From Mycobacterium sp. (lineage in GTDB: Bacteria > Actinomycetota > Actinomycetes > Mycobacteriales > Mycobacteriaceae), in contig NZ_JAVKSH010000002.1 of the NCBI RefSeq assembly GCF_039583805.1, positions 1 to 60,592 of the forward strand: 60,592 nt of DNA, in the 5' to 3' direction. The position numbers were made by a program, and so were the translations under genes. The notes under the pieces are model-generated. The model ran no database searches and was not told the origin of the DNA. It saw only the letters and a program-made list of their open reading frames with translations. This document shows positions 56,316 to 60,592 of the stretch, one piece after another (positions within the stretch are counted from its first letter, which is position 1; each line of letters opens with the position of its first letter).

Positions 56316-57863
56316 GTGCAGATCACCAGCATCGGCCATGCCGGTTTTCGGATCGACACCCACGCGGGCAGCGTCCTGTGCGACCCGTGGGTGAACCCGG
56401 CTTACTTCGGGTCGTGGTTCCCGTTCCCGGACAACAGCGGCCTGGACTGGGCCGCCCTGGGCGACTGTGACTACCTCTACGTCTCACACCTGCACAAAGA
56501 CCACTTCGACGCGCGGTTGCTGGCCGAGCACGTCAACACCGACGCGGTGGTGCTGCTGCCGGACTTTCCGGTGCCGGACCTGCGTAATGAGCTGGCACGG
56601 CTTGGGTTTCACCGATTCTTCGAGACCACCGATTCGCAGCGACACCGGATCAGCGGGCCCAAGGGTGACCTCGACATCATGGTGATCGCGCTGCGGGCTC
56701 CCGCCGACGGCCCGATCGGCGACTCCGCGCTGGTGATCTCCGATGGCCTCACCACGGCTTTCAATATGAACGACGCCCGGCCGGTGGACCTGGACGTGCT
56801 GGCGCAGTTCGGCCACATCGACGTGCACATGCTGCAGTACTCGGGCGCGATCTGGTACCCGATGGTCTACGACATCCCCGCGCGCGCCAAGCACGCGTTC
56901 GGCACCCAGAAGCGGCAACGTCAGATGGACCGCGCCCGTCAGTACATCGCCCAGGTCGGCGCCGGCTGGGTGATCCCGTCGGCGGGTCCGCCCTGCTTTC
57001 TCGACCCAGAGCTGCGCCACCTCAACGACGACCAAGGCGACCCGGCCAACATCTTCCCCGACCAGACGGTCTTCCTGGACCAGCTGCGCAAGCACGGCCA
57101 TGACCGGGGATTGCTGATGATTCCCGGTTCGACTGTGGAATTCACCGGCGCAGAACGCAATTCACTGCGTCACCCACTACCCGCGGAGCAGGTCGAGGCG
57201 ATCTTCACCACCGACAAAGCCGCGTACATCGCCGACTACGCCACCCGGATGGCGCCGGTGCTGGCGGCCGAGAAGGCGAGCTGGGCGTCCGCGACCGGTG
57301 AATCGCTGCTGGAGCCGCTGAGGATGCTGTTCGAGCCGATCATGCTCGGCAGCGACGAGGTGTGCGACGGCATCGGCTACCCGGTCGAACTCATGCTGGG
57401 CAGCGAGACCGTAGTGCTCGATTTCCCCAAACGGGCCGTGCGCGAGCCGATTTCCGCCGAGAAGTTCCGCTACGGGTTCGCGATTGCGCCGGAGCTGGTG
57501 CGCACCGTGCTGCGCGACGACGAACGCGACTGGGTGAACTCGATCTTCCTGTCCACCAGGTTCACGGCCTGGCGGGTGGGCGGATACAACGAATACCTGT
57601 ACACGTTCTTCAAGTGCCTGACCGACGAGCGTATCGCCTACGCCGACGGCTGGTTCGCCGAAACCCACGACGACACCGCATCGATCACCCTGGGCGGGTG
57701 GGAAATCCAGCGTCGCTGCCCGCATTTGAAGGCCGACCTGTCGAAGTTCGGTGTCATCGACGCCAACACCCTCACCTGCAACATGCACGGGTGGAAGTGG
57801 AACATGCAGGACGGCCGCTGCCTCACCTCGAGCGGCCACCAGCTGAGGTGCCGCAAGCTGTGA
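56316..57863 (+). CDS. Metallo-beta-lactamase fold plus Rieske 2Fe-2S protein (Rv3818-like)
   Basis: SHLHKDH; C-terminal CPH..CNMH. Confidence 0.9.
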   Translation: MQITSIGHAGFRIDTHAGSVLCDPWVNPAYFGSWFPFPDNSGLDWAALGDCDYLYVSHLHKDHFDARLLAEHVNTDAVVLLPDFPVPDLRNELARLGFHRFFETTDSQRHRISGPKGDLDIMVIALRAPADGPIGDSALVISDGLTTAFNMNDARPVDLDVLAQFGHIDVHMLQYSGAIWYPMVYDIPARAKHAFGTQKRQRQMDRARQYIAQVGAGWVIPSAGPPCFLDPELRHLNDDQGDPANIFPDQTVFLDQLRKHGHDRGLLMIPGSTVEFTGAERNSLRHPLPAEQVEAIFTTDKAAYIADYATRMAPVLAAEKASWASATGESLLEPLRMLFEPIMLGSDEVCDGIGYPVELMLGSETVVLDFPKRAVREPISAEKFRYGFAIAPELVRTVLRDDERDWVNSIFLSTRFTAWRVGGYNEYLYTFFKCLTDERIAYADGWFAETHDDTASITLGGWEIQRRCPHLKADLSKFGVIDANTLTCNMHGWKWNMQDGRCLTSSGHQLRCRKL

Positions 57864-58189
57864 GCTCGCCCAGTTACGACGACGGCCTGGTCCAGCTGGA
57901 TCGCGAGGCGATCACGCTGCGCCGCTACCACTTTCCGTCCGGAACGTCGAAGGTGATCGCGCTGAGCAAGATTCGCGGTTACCAGGCGCAGCCGCTGGGG
58001 CTGTTTGTGCACCGGTTTCGCCTCTGGGGCAGCTCAGATCTACGACGCTGGCTGCCGCTGGACGTCCGGCGGCCGTTCAAGTCCACGTTGATCACGCTGG
58101 ACGTGGCGGGTACCCGGCCTCATCCGGCGTTCACCCCCGACCGTCCCGACGAGTTCACCGCGCTGCTCGACGAGCTGCTCGACGGTTAG
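57860..58189 (+). CDS. Conserved hypothetical protein (Rv3819-like)
   Basis: GTGA overlap with the upstream gene; ITLRRYHFPSGT; synteny. Confidence 0.8.
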   Translation: MSSPSYDDGLVQLDREAITLRRYHFPSGTSKVIALSKIRGYQAQPLGLFVHRFRLWGSSDLRRWLPLDVRRPFKSTLITLDVAGTRPHPAFTPDRPDEFTALLDELLDG

Positions 58190-58251
58190 ACGTGCGTGTA
58201 CCTGCGGCCGACGTCCGCACCAGGATTTCCGCTGTGGGTGCGCACTGGTCG

Positions 58252-59820
58252 TCAGGATGAGTCGGCCAGAGCCTGATCGGCGGCGCTATACCCGGGGATG
58301 AACGTGATGCCCGGCCCGCCATGGCATCCGGCGCTGCCGAGGTACAGCCCTTCAACCGGAAGTGGATGGCCGACATAGCCTTTCGGGCCCGGCCGATTGG
58401 GCTCGATCTGGTCCGAATGCAGCAGGCCGTGGCAATAGTCGCCGCCCGGGGCGCCGAACATGGTGGCCATGTGGCGCGGTGTGAAGGTGGTGTGGCGGAC
58501 GACGCTGCGTTCGAAATTCGGCGCCAGGCGGGTGATCTTGTCGATCACCCGCCGACCCATCTCGACCTTCGCCGTGCCGTAGGCCGTGTTGTTCAAGCCA
58601 CCCTCGATGGGGAACCACAACGCGAACGCCGATGCGGCGTGCCTACCCTCCGGTGCCAAGTCCGGGTCGTTCTGCGACGGAATCTGCAACACCACCGTCG
58701 GATCTGCCGGAACGATCCCGCGCCGGCAGTCCTCCCACTGCTGCTGGACCTCCTCGGGCGTGCAGAACAGCCCGATCGAGGCCTGCATCGCCGGATCGCT
58801 GAGTGCGGCATACGGCGGGGCGAATCTTGGGGCCTCGTCCAGCGCGAAATGCATCTGAAGGTAGCTGCCGCGGTGGTCGATGCGTGCGTAGCGCTGCCGG
58901 ATGTCGGCGGGCAGCGCGACGGGATCGATCAGCTCGCCGAGCGTCACATCGGGCGCGATCCCGGAGATGACGATCGGTGCGGTCACGGTGTCCCCGGCCT
59001 CGGTGCGCACTCCACTCACGCGGGCGTCGGCAAGAAGGATCCCGGTCACCTTGGTACGCAACCGCAATTCGCCGCCGCAGCGGGTCAGCAGACCGCACAG
59101 ATGCGCGGTGAGCGCGCCGATACCCCCACGCAGCTTTTTCATCTGCATCGTGTCCCCGTCCGGAACACCCAGGCCGAAGGCGAGCCCGGCGGCACTGCCC
59201 GGTGTGGCCGGACCGCGGTAGAGGGTGTTGACCGCCAGCACGGTCATCGAGCCGCGCAGCGCGCCGTGCTTCTCGCGGTCCGGGAGGTAGCGGTCCAACA
59301 CGTCGGTGGCCGAGCCGAACAGCATGTCGTGGATGGCTGAGCGCTCGAATTCATTTCTGGCACAGGCATACATCTGGTCGATGGTCTTCGGAGGCGTGCC
59401 GGCCTCGAACCGGCCCAGCGCCCGGGTCGGCGCGTGGCTCCAGGCCATCAGGCCGGCCATTCCGTTCAGCGCGTCGGCGCCGTGCACCTCACCCAGGTGG
59501 GTGAACAGCTTGACCGGGTCGCTGTACTGCACCAGCGGTTCGTCGCCGACCCTGCGTAGCGCAACCGACATGACTTCCAGATCAACGGTCGGTAGGGAGT
59601 CCAGGCCCAATTCGTCGACGACCACCTGTGCCGTCGGGAACTGCACCGAGCCGGCGATCTCGAACCGGTAGCCGTCGAACAGTTCGACGGTCGACGCCAT
59701 CCCGCCGGCGTAGCGCTTGGCATCCAGGCACAGGGTTCGCATGCCCGCCTTGGCCAGCAGCACCGCCGCGGCCAGGCCGTTGTGTCCCGCGCCGACGACG
59801 ATCGCGTCATAATCGGCCAT
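58252..59820 (-). CDS. Phytoene dehydrogenase-like FAD oxidoreductase (Rv3829c-like)
   Basis: VVGAGHNG, GGIG, GLYLGSAGCHGGPG. Confidence 0.9.
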   Translation of the reverse strand: MADYDAIVVGAGHNGLAAAVLLAKAGMRTLCLDAKRYAGGMASTVELFDGYRFEIAGSVQFPTAQVVVDELGLDSLPTVDLEVMSVALRRVGDEPLVQYSDPVKLFTHLGEVHGADALNGMAGLMAWSHAPTRALGRFEAGTPPKTIDQMYACARNEFERSAIHDMLFGSATDVLDRYLPDREKHGALRGSMTVLAVNTLYRGPATPGSAAGLAFGLGVPDGDTMQMKKLRGGIGALTAHLCGLLTRCGGELRLRTKVTGILLADARVSGVRTEAGDTVTAPIVISGIAPDVTLGELIDPVALPADIRQRYARIDHRGSYLQMHFALDEAPRFAPPYAALSDPAMQASIGLFCTPEEVQQQWEDCRRGIVPADPTVVLQIPSQNDPDLAPEGRHAASAFALWFPIEGGLNNTAYGTAKVEMGRRVIDKITRLAPNFERSVVRHTTFTPRHMATMFGAPGGDYCHGLLHSDQIEPNRPGPKGYVGHPLPVEGLYLGSAGCHGGPGITFIPGYSAADQALADSS

Positions 59821-59869
59821 CTGCTCAGCCTTCTTTCGCCCTGCCCGGCAGGCTGGCACGCCGGAGCAC

Positions 59870-59891
59870 GTTTTGTCAATTGTGACGAAAC
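59870..59891. promoter_or_regulatory. Candidate TetR operator
   Basis: GTTTTGTCA-ATTG-TGACGAAAC (8/9 inverted repeat) between tetR and the dehydrogenase start. Confidence 0.6.
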
Positions 59892-59907
59892 TGGCGGCGA
59901 GCGGCGG

Positions 59908-60507
59908 TTATTGGTGCACGATGCCGCGCTGCAGAGCGTCCAGCGCGGCGTGGCAGAGCCGGGCCAACTCGGCCAGCGACCGGTCGTCGCGCACCATCCA
60001 GAGCTCTATCGCGCCGAACACCGCCGCCGCGACGCACCGGGCTGCCACCGTGAGCGCCAGCGGGTCGCGGGCCGCCACGGCGGCCCCGCCGCACGCCAAC
60101 CGGTCGGCTACCGCGCCGGCGAAGTCGGCCTCGACCTGGCGAATGTGGCGTGCGATACGGCCCGAGTCGAGCTCCTCGGACCGCAGCGCGGCGATCCTCG
60201 TCACCGCCTCGACGTCATAGGGGAAGGCGAAGATCGCCGCCCGCACCGAATCGATGATCGACTCGTCTGGGGGGCGTGTGTTCAGCGCCGCGCGAAACCA
60301 GTGCAGCCCTGCGTCGTAGTCGGCGAACAGCAGGTCGTGCTTGGACGTGAAGTGGCGGTAGAACGTCCGCAGAGACACCCCGGCGTCGGCGGCGATCTGC
60401 TCGGCCGACGTGTCCTCGACGCCTTGGGCCAGGAATCGCACCAGCGCCGCTTGCCGCAGCGCCTCGCGAGTGCGCTCGCTGCGGACTGTCTGGGCCGGTC
60501 GGACCAT
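59908..60507 (-). CDS. TetR family regulator (Rv3830c-like)
   Basis: TSAEQIAADAGVSLRTFYRHFTSK helix-turn-helix. Confidence 0.93.
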   Translation of the reverse strand: MVRPAQTVRSERTREALRQAALVRFLAQGVEDTSAEQIAADAGVSLRTFYRHFTSKHDLLFADYDAGLHWFRAALNTRPPDESIIDSVRAAIFAFPYDVEAVTRIAALRSEELDSGRIARHIRQVEADFAGAVADRLACGGAAVAARDPLALTVAARCVAAAVFGAIELWMVRDDRSLAELARLCHAALDALQRGIVHQ

Positions 60508-60592
60508 CTCGGTAATCTAACCGGCCGGGCACGGGCCTCACCGAGATCGTCGCGTGGCGGCCGTAGGGCATCGTTGCGCGCTGATTCGTCGC

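Overview
High-GC mycobacterial chromosome segment carrying the core cell-envelope cluster, syntenic with M. tuberculosis Rv3773c-Rv3830c. All comparisons to H37Rv are from recall, not a database search. Gene order: echA21, lipE, tRNA-Ser(UGA), quinone oxidoreductase, desulfurase-like gene, Rv3779-type transferase, bpa, wzt-glfT1-wzm, Rv3788/Rv3789 homologs, dprE1-dprE2-aftA-embC, embA-embB, accD4-pks13-fadD32, Rv3802c, fbpD, fbpA, aftB-ubiA-Rv3807c-glfT2-glf, erp, amidase, HAD phosphatase, two acyltransferases, Rieske/MBL gene, dehydrogenase and TetR. It is not M. tuberculosis: the sulfolipid-1 locus and several other H37Rv genes are absent, and DprE1 has Ala at the Cys387 position. Most unusual features: (1) a ~4.5 kb mmpS-mmpL plus divergent MmyB/XRE regulator cassette splitting embC from embA; (2) a 13E12/DUF222 mini-relic that keeps an exact PafBC (RecA-NDp) promoter, a near-LexA box and two DnaA-box 9-mers; (3) a 276-bp IS630-like MITE bounded by CTAG; (4) dispersed REP-like hairpins, one lying in frame inside aftA, and a MIRU-like mini-hairpin in frame in embA and glfT2; (5) two decayed genes and many 12-18 bp tandem duplications. 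No CRISPR array, rRNA, prophage or intact transposase was seen.
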